In this document: piece by piece, positions 28,166-38,116 of the stretch
Position numbering within the stretch: the stretch's first letter is position 1
Layout of the letters: every line of letters starts with the position of its first letter
IMG/VR virus record: IMGVR_UViG_3300033485_000024
Coordinates: 1-48,299 of that record
From: a virus
Taxonomy: Duplodnaviria > Caudoviricetes
Length of the DNA stretch: 48,299 bases
Reading direction: 5' to 3' (one strand)
The notes under the pieces: generated by a model
Seen by the model: the letters and a program-made list of their open reading frames with translations, nothing else
What the model was told of the DNA's origin: nothing
Database searches by the model: none
Program-made: the position numbers and the translations under genes

Positions 28166-28655
28166 TGTAGATACCGGCGCGCTCACGGCGCTGGCGAATC
28201 AGTTCCCGGCGGCGCGCGGGATTTTGGCGCGATATATCCTGGCGACGATGCAGGCCGGTCTTAATATCTTTGAGGAAGCCGTCGCTGTGGAGACGCCCGT
28301 CGGCGCGACCGGCAACCTGCGCAGTGGCTTGGCAACCGAGGTTTACGGTAGACCGCTAGAGGGCGAATTGCTCGGCAAGTTGTCCACCCCGGCTGTTTAT
28401 GGGTATGCGGTGGAGTTTGGGCAACCGCCCGGCACGCGCCCGCCAGTGGACGAGTTGGAATATTGGGTGATTCGCAAGTTGGGAGTTGACCCGGCGGCGG
28501 CGCAAGGTGTGGCTTATGCAATTGCAGAAACCATCTACCGCAAAGGTACGCAAGGAGCGTTTATGTTTAAGCGTGGTTTCGACGCCCGCCGCCAGGCCGC
28601 CATAGACTTGTGGCAGCGGATGCTTGGCGACTTCGCAGTGGAGGCATTTAGCTAA
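28152..28655 (+). CDS. HK97 gp10-like neck protein
   Basis: TPVGATGNLR, YGYAVEFG..PP, GTQG.FMFKRG. Confidence 0.78.
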   Translation: MSELSVDTGALTALANQFPAARGILARYILATMQAGLNIFEEAVAVETPVGATGNLRSGLATEVYGRPLEGELLGKLSTPAVYGYAVEFGQPPGTRPPVDELEYWVIRKLGVDPAAAQGVAYAIAETIYRKGTQGAFMFKRGFDARRQAAIDLWQRMLGDFAVEAFS

Positions 28656-29983
28656 TGGCTGCACCGGTTACAGGCATCCTGGACGCCTTTGATCGCGCCA
28701 ATGAGTCCCCGCTGGCGGGGAGTTGGTCACACGTCATCAATCCCGATATGGATGAAGAAACGGGGCTGTACCTGTCCAATCAAACCGTGTACAACCACGC
28801 CGAGTTCGCTACGGCTACCGCCTGGTACAACGCCAGCACTTTCGGCGCAGACCAAGAAGCCTATGGCACGCTCGCTTATCCCTCCGCGCCTTATCACCGG
28901 CTATACGTGCGGTTGACCTCACCGGGAACGGGAAATGTCTCCGGCTATTATTGCACCTACCAAAACGTTTCCGGGGTGGTGTCGTTGGCGCGCATAGATA
29001 GCGGGGCAGAGACGCTATTGGAATCAGTGTTGACAGGGGTACTATACGACAAACTGTGGTTAAGCGCCGTTGGCTCTACCCTCACCGTGTACGGCTATTA
29101 CAACGGCGCTTGGCAAACCGCCCTGACCAAAACTGACGCCACCTATGCCAGTGCCGGATATGTCGGGATGGGGATGATTGCAACCGGCGCAGACGAGTCT
29201 ATCACCTTTGACGACTTCGGCGGGGGTAGTACCCAAATCGCTATTACGGGCGTAACTATCGCAGGCGACACGAGTGTCACCGCCGGAACTAACGTTACCC
29301 TCACCGCCACCTATGCCCCCACTACCGCCACCGGCACGATCACTTATACCTGGTCAAGCACCGGCTTGCAAAGCGGGCAAGGCACGGCGGCGGCGGTCTA
29401 CCAATGGGGCGCGGCCTATGCGGGGAGCAGCGTTACCGTCAGTCTGACGGCCTCCAACGTGATCGGCACGGCCACGGATACGCACGTCGTGGCGGTCTAC
29501 GATTGCCTGGCGCGCGGGCATATTTGCAGCCTGGTTTCCGGCATTTCCGACGCGGGCAACGTCTATTGCTACAAGCGGCATTTTTTGCTGAGAGAGAAGT
29601 TGGTAGATTTGTTTCAAGCCACTATCGGCGGTACGGATGTGTTGCGCGGTTTCGATATGGAACTCCGCTCCATTGCTGAGGAGCGGAACGAATTTAACGC
29701 CGGGCTGTTGCGCACCTACAATTTTATGATTTACGGCTATTTTGCTTGGCAAGACCCCTCTGCCGACCCGCAACATAACAGCGTGCCGAGTGAGGAAACC
29801 GCCGTGAGTGTGGTCTTGGAGGTGGTCAACGCCCTGGACGCGGCAGCGACTTTGCACACGTCCGCCTATCACTACGATTGCACGAAAGCGCAGGTGACGG
29901 CCATTGAGCCGTGGGTGTGGTGTGGCGAGTTGATTCACCGGGCAAGTATCGCCATTTCCGTAACGGATTTTATCAACCAATGA
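28655..29983 (+). CDS. Lectin-like + Ig/PKD-like domains fused to a putative tail-completion domain
   Basis: DAFDRAN..FDDFGGG beta-sandwich; ITYTW..VSLTASN PKD-like; C-terminal ~160 aa in the tail-terminator slot. Confidence 0.55.
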   Translation: MAAPVTGILDAFDRANESPLAGSWSHVINPDMDEETGLYLSNQTVYNHAEFATATAWYNASTFGADQEAYGTLAYPSAPYHRLYVRLTSPGTGNVSGYYCTYQNVSGVVSLARIDSGAETLLESVLTGVLYDKLWLSAVGSTLTVYGYYNGAWQTALTKTDATYASAGYVGMGMIATGADESITFDDFGGGSTQIAITGVTIAGDTSVTAGTNVTLTATYAPTTATGTITYTWSSTGLQSGQGTAAAVYQWGAAYAGSSVTVSLTASNVIGTATDTHVVAVYDCLARGHICSLVSGISDAGNVYCYKRHFLLREKLVDLFQATIGGTDVLRGFDMELRSIAEERNEFNAGLLRTYNFMIYGYFAWQDPSADPQHNSVPSEETAVSVVLEVVNALDAAATLHTSAYHYDCTKAQVTAIEPWVWCGELIHRASIAISVTDFINQ

Positions 29984-30996
29984 GAATCCTAATCCTGTAC
30001 CCAGGGGCAACTCATAGCACCTATGACGTGGCGCAAGGCTGTTATAAAGCCTTGCACGCCCGCAACGACGTAGTGGTGGACGCCTTTTTCTATCACAATT
30101 TTTTAGGATTTTATAACAAATCCTTTACCCATTGGCAAACCTTGCACCCAGAGCAACACCGGGGGTTGGACGATTCGGCTTACTGGACGGCCTCGCACGT
30201 CACGGCGCACGTGGTGGAGTTTGCGCCCGATGTGGTGTTGGTGGTCGCGGGCGGCGCATTACACCGGCGGGCCTACGATCTCATTCACCGATTGCATATC
30301 CCGACCGTACTATTACTCACAGAATCGCCGTACATTGATGCGACGCAAACCACCATCGCGCAGGTGGGGCGGGTGACGGCTTGCCTGACCAATGACGCCT
30401 ACAGCGTCCAGCCGTTGGCGGCCGCGACAGCCTTGCCCGTGCGCTATCTGCCGCATTCATACGACCCGGACATTCACCGCCCGGACGGCGAGGCCGTCCC
30501 GTCAGACGTGTTCTTTCACGGCACATTGTGGCCGGAACGGGAACGGCTGCTCGCGCCGCTCTTCGGGCGCCCCGGAGTCACCATCACCGGCTACACCCTG
30601 GACGCCGTGCATACTACCGACATCCTGGACAACACGACGTTGGCGGCGCACTATCGCGGCACGAAGATCGCCTTGAATCACCATCGGACATGCGGCGATA
30701 CGGGCGACATTGCGCCTACTGCCGCTTACAGTTTAGGCCCGCGCGCCTTCGAGATTGCCGCGTGCGGCGCATTTCAACTCTGTGATAACACCCGCCCGGA
30801 GTTGGCGGCGCTGTTTGGGGGAAGCGTTCCTATCTATCAGGACGCGGCGGATTTACAAGACAAGATTAACTATTTTCTGGTACATCCAGAGGAACGGCGC
30901 GCGCGCGCGGCACAGGCGCGGCAAGCGGTGCAAGGTTGCACATTTGCGGCGCGCGCCGATAAAATTCTTATGCCTTTACTGAGGGAGGTAATTTGA
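29980..30996 (+). CDS. CgeB-like (GT-B fold) glycosyltransferase
   Basis: YLPHSYDPDIH, DVFFHGT..ER, KIALN.HR, PRAFEIAACGAFQL. Confidence 0.85.
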   Translation: MRILILYPGATHSTYDVAQGCYKALHARNDVVVDAFFYHNFLGFYNKSFTHWQTLHPEQHRGLDDSAYWTASHVTAHVVEFAPDVVLVVAGGALHRRAYDLIHRLHIPTVLLLTESPYIDATQTTIAQVGRVTACLTNDAYSVQPLAAATALPVRYLPHSYDPDIHRPDGEAVPSDVFFHGTLWPERERLLAPLFGRPGVTITGYTLDAVHTTDILDNTTLAAHYRGTKIALNHHRTCGDTGDIAPTAAYSLGPRAFEIAACGAFQLCDNTRPELAALFGGSVPIYQDAADLQDKINYFLVHPEERRARAAQARQAVQGCTFAARADKILMPLLREVI

Positions 30997-30997
30997 C

Positions 30998-31396
30998 ATG
31001 GCAGATACACAACCGATTCACGGCAAAAATGGGTATATCTACGTTTCCGGGGTAGCGATTTCCTGGGCGAATACCTGGTCAGTCGCAATGACCGCCGATG
31101 TGGTGGAGGCGTCCGTATTTGGCGACGCCTGGAAGCGCAAGGTGGTGGGGATGAAGGATGCTACGGGCAGCCTTTCGGCCTGGCAGTATCAAGATAAGCG
31201 CACCCTGGTGGACGCCCTGGGACAACAGTTGCCGCTCTACATCTACCCCGACCGCAGCGACACCGCCAATTATTTTTATGGCAATGTCGTCTTCACTTCC
31301 TACAACTCGGAGGGTAGCGTTTCGGCGCCAGTGTCGGGAAACGCCGACTTTACCACCTACGATTCCAACGGCCTGACGGCCCTGGGGTTTGCGTAA
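30998..31396 (+). CDS. Tail tube protein
   Basis: HGKNGYIYV, WSV...VEAS.FGDAWKRKVVG.KDATGSL pattern; precedes the chaperone and tape measure genes. Confidence 0.75.
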   Translation: MADTQPIHGKNGYIYVSGVAISWANTWSVAMTADVVEASVFGDAWKRKVVGMKDATGSLSAWQYQDKRTLVDALGQQLPLYIYPDRSDTANYFYGNVVFTSYNSEGSVSAPVSGNADFTTYDSNGLTALGFA

Positions 31397-31397
31397 A

Positions 31398-31775
31398 ATG
31401 CGCAAGCTCATTAAGACCGTCAAAGCGCCGTGTGATGGCCTGCTCTACCCGACCGAGGACGGCGACCAGCAGCCGTTACGGGCGGGGCAGTGGGTAGAGT
31501 TTAAGCGCAAGATCACGCCGGGCAATATGCGGACAATGCTGGGATTTTCCATTCAGGCCGAGGCCGACAACTATGCCGAGTTAGCCAGCGGGATTGATAC
31601 CCTCATTGACTTGCTGAGTCACAAAATTGTGGCCTGGAACTGGACGGACTTGGAGAGCGCGGACGGCGCGCCGTTGCCCCCACCGTCGGCGGAGGTCTTG
31701 CGGGAACTGGATTTTGACGACGTGCTAAATCTCGTCAACCTCTATGTGGATATCGCCTTCCCGTCAAAAAACTGA
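31398..31775 (+). CDS. Tail assembly chaperone (G)
   Basis: IVAWNWTD...PLP..E.L..L; ends at slippery AAAAAAC. Confidence 0.78.
   Translation: MRKLIKTVKAPCDGLLYPTEDGDQQPLRAGQWVEFKRKITPGNMRTMLGFSIQAEADNYAELASGIDTLIDLLSHKIVAWNWTDLESADGAPLPPPSAEVLRELDFDDVLNLVNLYVDIAFPSKN
31766..31772 (+). other. Programmed -1 frameshift site A AAA AAC
   Basis: The -1 frame is open from here and joins the 31835..32026 ORF (LCERFHCLPWEL). Confidence 0.8.
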
Positions 31776-32026
31776 AGCAGGCCGCCTGGGAAGCGGCCTG
31801 GGGGAATGGCGTACTCGATTGGGGCGCGCAGGTCGTGGCGCTGTGTGAGCGGTTTCATTGCTTGCCGTGGGAACTGGAAACCCACGACCTGGGCGCACTG
31901 TTGCGGGACGTGGCGCTACTCGACACCTACCGCCTGGGCCTTAAACACAAGGCCGGCGAAAAACTGACGTCAGATGAAGATCGGCAAGTCGGTGAATTTC
32001 TGATGGCCGAATTGGAGCATAAATGA
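31772..32026 (+). CDS. Tail assembly chaperone GT extension
   Basis: Reached by the -1 frameshift; ends overlapping the tape measure start. Confidence 0.7.
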   Translation: MKQAAWEAAWGNGVLDWGAQVVALCERFHCLPWELETHDLGALLRDVALLDTYRLGLKHKAGEKLTSDEDRQVGEFLMAELEHK

Positions 32027-33600
32027 ACGAAGTGGGTATCCTCATCAAGGCGCGCGAAACCGCTTCGCAGGTCTTTGACAAGATCGGCGCGGCGGCGCAA
32101 TCTGCCGCACGGCGTGTCGGGGATTTCGTCACCGCCAAGCCGTCCCTGACCGGTCTGGCGGGGGCGGCGCGCAATCTCGCCAATGCCGTGGCTGGCCCGC
32201 TGGTGGGGGCTTTCGCGCGCGCCGGGAGTGCGGCCCTGGGGTTTGGGCGGCAACTCCTCACCGTGCAAGGCTTTGCCCGGCACGTCGGCGGTGCGTTGAA
32301 GGGCTTGCTCCTGGGCGGGATCGGCGCGATTGCGGGGCTGGCCTTTGGCGCGGTGCGCGGCCTGGGGGCGATGCGTAACGCGCTGGAAAAGACGGGGCAA
32401 GCGGCAGGCAAGGCCGGCGGCGGGATGCAAGACACGGCGGCCAGTGCTGCGGAAACCGCCGGAAGTTTGGATAACGCCGCAACCCTGACCGGCGCGGCGG
32501 CGGAAAAGGCAAAGGTCGCTTTCGGCGCGTTCGGAGAAGTCGGGGAAGGCTTCCTGATGGCGCAAGGGCGGGTGACGGACGCCGCCGCCTCACAAGCGGA
32601 CGCCGCCGCGGACGCCGCGGACGTGGCGACGGACGCCCTGGAAGACACTACCGGGGCATTGGGTGAATCCACCAACGCCGCGACGCGCTTCGGGGCGGTG
32701 ATGGACAGGCTGGGCGCGGCTTTCGATGGCGTCAAGAACAAGGTGTTGGCTGCCATTGCGAAGGCCATCACGCCCGCGCTGGAAAAGCTGGCGGATTTAA
32801 TGGAGTCGCCAGAATTTCAGAAGTTCGTGGATTTGCTGGCGCAAGACCTGGCTGCCGCCATTGCCGCCGTTGCCAACTGGTTTGTAAACGTGGCTGTCCC
32901 GGCTATTTCAGATTTTATGACGCAAGTGAATGAGGCGGGGGGCATCGTTAAATGGTTGGAGGATAAGTTCACCGCCCTTAAAGATACTTTCATAATGATT
33001 GTGGCGATTGTCCTGGGCTACCTGGCGATTTGGGCCAATAAGCTCAACGAGTTTAAGAGCAACGTCTTGCAAGCAATGATTAACAAGCTGACCGAGTGGA
33101 CGCTGGCGCTTATCAGCTTCTTTCAAGGCATCCCCACCGCGCTGGCAACCGCCTTCGCTACTGTCCAAGAAATGGCGGCAACATTCGGAGCGACCGTAAT
33201 GGCGGCGGTGCAAACGGCGGTGCGGGGGATGGGTAACGTTATCATTGACAAGCTGAACAGCCTATTTACCAACATCAATGGCTTTTTGGTAGTGGTCAAC
33301 GATATGCTCGAAAAGGTGGGGATAGGAAAAATTGAGCTGATTCCCATAATCCCCAAGTTGGCTAAAGGCGGGATCGTCACTTCACCCACCCTGGCGATGG
33401 TCGGGGAACGCGGGAACGAGGCCGTCATTCCGTTGGATCGGCTGCAAGAATTTGTTGGCAACCTGACGGGCGGGAACACTGCAATTTATGTGACCGTGCC
33501 GCCAGGGACTACTAACCCACAAGCCTTTGGGAATACGGTGGGGGAGTCCATCATTTCACAGATGCGGCGCAACGGGCAGCGCCTGCCGGTACTGGGGTGA
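32023..33600 (+). CDS. Tape measure protein
   Basis: Ala/Gly-rich helical protein; IPKLAKGGIVTSPTLAMVGERGNEAVIPL. Confidence 0.88.
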   Translation: MNEVGILIKARETASQVFDKIGAAAQSAARRVGDFVTAKPSLTGLAGAARNLANAVAGPLVGAFARAGSAALGFGRQLLTVQGFARHVGGALKGLLLGGIGAIAGLAFGAVRGLGAMRNALEKTGQAAGKAGGGMQDTAASAAETAGSLDNAATLTGAAAEKAKVAFGAFGEVGEGFLMAQGRVTDAAASQADAAADAADVATDALEDTTGALGESTNAATRFGAVMDRLGAAFDGVKNKVLAAIAKAITPALEKLADLMESPEFQKFVDLLAQDLAAAIAAVANWFVNVAVPAISDFMTQVNEAGGIVKWLEDKFTALKDTFIMIVAIVLGYLAIWANKLNEFKSNVLQAMINKLTEWTLALISFFQGIPTALATAFATVQEMAATFGATVMAAVQTAVRGMGNVIIDKLNSLFTNINGFLVVVNDMLEKVGIGKIELIPIIPKLAKGGIVTSPTLAMVGERGNEAVIPLDRLQEFVGNLTGGNTAIYVTVPPGTTNPQAFGNTVGESIISQMRRNGQRLPVLG

Positions 33601-33603
33601 GTT

Positions 33604-34791
33604 ATGGCAATTGTCTATGGCTTTGGCGATTACTTCACGGACTGCCTCAACACCCTGACGGGCGACAATTACCGCGCCTTTAACCAGGTGGATAACTGGA
33701 AGGCGGCGCGGCGGCCTTTAATGGCGGCGGTCGGCGGCGGGTCAGGGGCTTACGACTTCACCGGGGCTTATCGCTGGCCGGTTGAGCCGTTGGTAGTGAG
33801 CACGGAAGCCGACATTATGTACACCACTTTTTCATCCTCAGGCGACACCGCCGAAGACCTGGTGCGCAACCTCTGGAAAAAGGCGCAGTCTAAATTGTGG
33901 GTAATTCGGACTACTGACCTTACTAGCACCCCTTTCGCCTATCGCCGCCCGCGCCCGCCGGACGGCTATTTTCCGGCGACTTATACCCTGAGTGGTGAAA
34001 TCCTACAAAGCGCCGTACAAGTTGCCGGCCCGGTCTGGCTTTATGATACCAACTACCAAATTTTAGCCACTACCAGTGCTATCGCCAGCGGGACGCCGGG
34101 CTATTCCTTCTCTGTACCAGCCGGGACATATCGGGTACACGCCCGGTATTACGACGCGGCGGAAGCGACGGCCAGTAAATACTATTGGGGCACCAGCAAC
34201 GAAACTTCGGTGACGGGCAACACTGACTTGGACGTGACCGTTACCAGCGCCGCGCCCGCTGCGCAGGCCGAGCCGCGCGTGTATTGGGCGTGGGCTAAAC
34301 TCATTAGTGCCAGCGTTGTGACGAGCACCAAAGCCAAAAACCCGCGCAGCGTCAAGATTCAAGCTGAGTTCGAGATCCCGGAAGGCATTTTCTACAATAT
34401 GGACGTGAAGTCTGAAACCCGTACCGAGGCAGGGAGCAAGGTGTACACGCTGTACAATGTCGGTAGCGCCCCCACCCACGTCAAGTGGACGCTGACCGCC
34501 CTCACCCACACCATTACGGGCTTCCGGGTGCAAAACGGCACGAGCGGCAGCGATGTGACGTGGGACGGTTCGCTATTGGCAACCAAAGCCCTGATACTGG
34601 ACAGCGCCACCTATACCGCCACTAATGATGGCGCGGCGGCCTATAGCGGGATTCTCCGCACGCCGCCGATTACCGAAGTCGGGTGGTGTGTTTTGACGCC
34701 CGGCGCGAACTCCCTGACCATTTCCTTGACGCAAACCACGACCGAGGACTATACCGTCGCTTACGAGTATTACGACGCCGAGGTATTATGA
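33604..34791 (+). CDS. Distal tail (Dit-like) protein with an inserted Ig-like domain
   Basis: Follows the TMP; NVGSAPT, LILDS, LTPGANSL; central SGEI...YSFSVPAGTYRV insert. Confidence 0.65.
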   Translation: MAIVYGFGDYFTDCLNTLTGDNYRAFNQVDNWKAARRPLMAAVGGGSGAYDFTGAYRWPVEPLVVSTEADIMYTTFSSSGDTAEDLVRNLWKKAQSKLWVIRTTDLTSTPFAYRRPRPPDGYFPATYTLSGEILQSAVQVAGPVWLYDTNYQILATTSAIASGTPGYSFSVPAGTYRVHARYYDAAEATASKYYWGTSNETSVTGNTDLDVTVTSAAPAAQAEPRVYWAWAKLISASVVTSTKAKNPRSVKIQAEFEIPEGIFYNMDVKSETRTEAGSKVYTLYNVGSAPTHVKWTLTALTHTITGFRVQNGTSGSDVTWDGSLLATKALILDSATYTATNDGAAAYSGILRTPPITEVGWCVLTPGANSLTISLTQTTTEDYTVAYEYYDAEVL

Positions 34792-36248
34792 GCGTCCAAA
34801 ACCTATTTGTTGAAGTGACCGCTGCCGGCACACTGCAAGGCGCCGGCCCGCTGTACAAAGTCCTGAGCGCCGAGCACACAACGGAGCTAGACAAGGCGGG
34901 GCGCATCGCCATCACCGTGCCGATAGATACCCGCGCCGAGGACATTCTCCTCAACGACCGGGTATTGACCATTAAAACCACTGAGGCGAGTTTTGCCGGC
35001 CCGCTGCAAACCCTGACGATAGACACGCAAGATGGCCAGGCCGTTTATCGGCTGGAGGGGACGGACTTGCTCGGAGAATTGAACTATGCCAATACCGGCG
35101 ACAAGGCCATTTATGACAACGAGAATACTGCCAGCGTCATCATCGGCAACGACACGACCCTCAACAGCTTGCTGTATGGCACCAGTTGGACGCAGGGAAC
35201 GGTCACAATCGCGGCGGATTACACGACGCAAACCATTGAGTTCAATTCAGAAACTGCTTTGAGCGCCCTCATCAATCTGTGCAATCAAATCGGCCATCAC
35301 TTCCGGCCGGCGAGCGCCAGCACCCGCGCTCTGGACGTGTTTTCTGCGGCAGCGGCATCGGGCTACCGGATTATCAACGTAGACGGCGCGCGGTATGGGC
35401 AGGACACGACTTATACCGGGATTTATGGCAACATTCAGATCGCGCAGATTTCTGCGGACATTGAAAACCGCTTGTATCCAGTGGGCAAAGATGGGTTTGA
35501 CTTGCGCGATGCGCCCACCACCATTACAGATATTTTAGTAGATGGCGCGCTCGGCACTTACGGGCGCGCTACCGATACCGACGACACTGCCGCCGCCGGG
35601 CAAAAAATTATTCCCGTCACCGCCACGACTGGCTTTGCAGTGCGACAAGAAGTTTTCATCGGAAACTCTAGCGACTGGACGCAGGCCCACGAATGCGCGA
35701 CGATTATGAGCATCAATGCGGGCGTGAGTATCACGGTAAATTCCAACCTGGTCAATACCTATGCGGCGGGGGCGAATGTAATCCAGTCGCCCCGCTTTTA
35801 TGTGCTGGACGCGGCCAGCATTGCGGCGCACGGCCAGCGCGCGGCCTGTCCGCAGTTCGGTTGGATTGGGCCCGGCGACACGGCGGCGGACTACGCTACC
35901 CAACAGCGCGCCGCCACGACGCTCTATAATGCAGCGAAGGCCAGGCTGGCCAGGTACAAGGACACCTACGAGCAGTATACTGTTTCCGACGTGTATAACC
36001 TGCCGCCCGCTTTGTTGCCGGGGCAATATCTGCGCTTGACATTCATCGGGACGCAAAACGGCGCGCAGTTTGCCTATGTGGACGGCAACTATTACACACT
36101 GAAAGTGACCCGCCGCTGGGCGGGCGACGGCGTGGGGGGGGCGCGCGGTGTGGCGAGTGTGGAGTTGGCGAGCGTTTTCCGGCCCGCCCCGAACAATACC
36201 AATCTCGTGATTTTCAATCTGGACTCCAATAAATGGGTAGGCACATAG
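34788..36248 (+). CDS. Tail tip/baseplate hub (Tal-like) protein
   Basis: Follows Dit; ELDKAG, FAG, LLGELN, NRLYPVGK. Confidence 0.6.
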   Translation: MSVQNLFVEVTAAGTLQGAGPLYKVLSAEHTTELDKAGRIAITVPIDTRAEDILLNDRVLTIKTTEASFAGPLQTLTIDTQDGQAVYRLEGTDLLGELNYANTGDKAIYDNENTASVIIGNDTTLNSLLYGTSWTQGTVTIAADYTTQTIEFNSETALSALINLCNQIGHHFRPASASTRALDVFSAAAASGYRIINVDGARYGQDTTYTGIYGNIQIAQISADIENRLYPVGKDGFDLRDAPTTITDILVDGALGTYGRATDTDDTAAAGQKIIPVTATTGFAVRQEVFIGNSSDWTQAHECATIMSINAGVSITVNSNLVNTYAAGANVIQSPRFYVLDAASIAAHGQRAACPQFGWIGPGDTAADYATQQRAATTLYNAAKARLARYKDTYEQYTVSDVYNLPPALLPGQYLRLTFIGTQNGAQFAYVDGNYYTLKVTRRWAGDGVGGARGVASVELASVFRPAPNNTNLVIFNLDSNKWVGT

Positions 36249-37610
36249 ATGGCCGATAAAACGCGGGTCAACATAAAAGCCTGGGCGGAAGTCACCGGCG
36301 GCGGAACGACGTACTTTATTGACGGAGTGGAGGTCATTGGGACGGGCGGTACTATCCCTATCGCCAACCTCGCCGATTGGACGCGCGGCGATATGATTGT
36401 CGGCGGCCCGGCGCAATGGCAAGACCTGGCGGTCGGCGCAAATCACGCCGTAATCACTACCGACGGCACGGACGTGGCCTGGTCAACCGGCTTCCTGGAC
36501 ATTACCGCCGCCAAGACCTTGACGGTGCAAAACTCGCTGACGCTGGCGGGGACGGACACCAAAGCCCTGACCCTCACCGGCGCGCTGACTATCGCCGCCG
36601 ACACCAGCATCACCGGCGGCGGCACATTGGCGCTGGGCGGCTTTACCGGCACGCTGCCCAAGACCGGTACTTTCCCGGTAGGAACAGGGACGGCGGGGCG
36701 GATCGCGGAGTGGGTGACAGACACCAACACACTACAAGCCGCCACGCTTATTAAATCCGGCGCGGGGGTGTTGACGCTCGCGGCGGCGGCAAACTTGACA
36801 TTGACCGTACCCATCACGGCGGCGCAGACTACGATTATCACCGCGACCGCCGACGGCGATACCGACGTCAGTACCTTGCTCAAGAGCGGCGCGGATGGCG
36901 ATTTACGGGTAGACCGCTTAGGCGTGGGCGTCGCTGTAATTGCCGCGACTGGGACAATCGCGCTGCCGGACGCCGGGTACATCGGCAATGGCGCGGCGAC
37001 GGCGCGCCTGATTTTTGATTCAAGCGGGGCAACGGATTATGCGTATTTTAGCGGATGCAATCTAGGTGTAGGCACGACCACACCCGATGGTCTACTGCAT
37101 CTGTACGCTGCCGGACTTCCGGATGATAGTCAAATGTTAGTTCAGGGGTCGGGCGCTGGCGGCCTTTCGGCATACGTTCCCAATGCCGATACCGCCGTAA
37201 TCGGATTCAACATCTATCGGCACGGCGGAGCAGATGATATCTCGCTGGATGCGGGTTCAAATTTTGACATACTAAAATTGAGCGACATTCTCCGTATCCG
37301 CTATGACAGCGGGATCGCGGTAGGGTCGGCGGCCACCATGAATACCGGCCTATCCTTGAATGTCTCCGGCAACGTGGGAATCAACACCATAACCCAAGCC
37401 GGAAAATTGACTATTGACCAAGCCTCTACTACTGCCGCCATCCCGGTGCTAGAATTAGACCAGGCCGATCTCAGTGAGGAATTTATCAATTTTATCGCCA
37501 CGGTGGGCGCGGGCTATCCGCTGGACACGGCGGCGCTCGGCGCTTACTACGGTAAAGCCCGCGTGCAAGTGCAAGGCGTGGGATATAAATATCTTGCGTT
37601 GTACGATTAG
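36249..37610 (+). CDS. Tail fibre / receptor-binding protein
   Basis: Thr/Gly/Ala-rich; LGVGTTTPDGLLHL and GNVGINT fibre repeats. Confidence 0.75.
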   Translation: MADKTRVNIKAWAEVTGGGTTYFIDGVEVIGTGGTIPIANLADWTRGDMIVGGPAQWQDLAVGANHAVITTDGTDVAWSTGFLDITAAKTLTVQNSLTLAGTDTKALTLTGALTIAADTSITGGGTLALGGFTGTLPKTGTFPVGTGTAGRIAEWVTDTNTLQAATLIKSGAGVLTLAAAANLTLTVPITAAQTTIITATADGDTDVSTLLKSGADGDLRVDRLGVGVAVIAATGTIALPDAGYIGNGAATARLIFDSSGATDYAYFSGCNLGVGTTTPDGLLHLYAAGLPDDSQMLVQGSGAGGLSAYVPNADTAVIGFNIYRHGGADDISLDAGSNFDILKLSDILRIRYDSGIAVGSAATMNTGLSLNVSGNVGINTITQAGKLTIDQASTTAAIPVLELDQADLSEEFINFIATVGAGYPLDTAALGAYYGKARVQVQGVGYKYLALYD

Positions 37611-37618
37611 GAGAAATT

Positions 37619-37888
37619 ATGAGCATAGTGACTGACCTCACCCCGACGCAATATTACCCGGTGCGGCTCGTGGTGGAAATCAAACCGGATGTAATCCTGA
37701 CCGCCGCGTCCTTATCGTTTCACACCGATCTGAAAATTCTCAATGCAGACGGGGCGCAGGTGGGGAACGATCACCCTACCCCACCCACGACGGCCGCGCA
37801 ACGGACGGCGTTTTTGACGTGGGTGCAAAACTGCCTGGCGGCTTATGAGGCGGCGGTGGGGCTAACGCGGTATACGGAGGGAGTATGA
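37619..37888 (+). CDS. Hypothetical protein (possible fibre chaperone)
   Basis: AGGAG RBS after the fibre gene. Confidence 0.5.
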   Translation: MSIVTDLTPTQYYPVRLVVEIKPDVILTAASLSFHTDLKILNADGAQVGNDHPTPPTTAAQRTAFLTWVQNCLAAYEAAVGLTRYTEGV

Positions 37889-38082
37889 GCGAGGCAAAAC
37901 CGGATTATGATGTAGCGACGGCGCGCGCCGTTTTGACTAAGGACAAACAACAGCGGGAAATTGAAGCTATCCAGGCCTTGCGTCGGGATGTTTGCGAGCG
38001 GTTCGGCGTGACGGTGAAGGCGCAAGCCTACCTATCTGAGGACGGCAGGACTTTGGCGCGCATCGTAGTGACAGCGCAATAA
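37885..38082 (+). CDS. Hypothetical protein
   Basis: ATGA coupling; last late gene. Confidence 0.55.
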   Translation: MSEAKPDYDVATARAVLTKDKQQREIEAIQALRRDVCERFGVTVKAQAYLSEDGRTLARIVVTAQ

Positions 38083-38114
38083 AAAGCCCCCGGTTGGTTA
38101 CGGGGGGGGGCTTT
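38083..38114. terminator. Bidirectional intrinsic terminator
   Basis: AAAGCCCCC...GGGGGCTTT between convergent operons. Confidence 0.75.
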
Positions 38115-38116
38115 GG

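Noticed and set aside
31927-32771. Long minus-strand ORFs opposite the tape measure gene (and similar ones opposite other late genes)
   Set aside because: GC-rich antisense shadow frames with no RBS or motifs.
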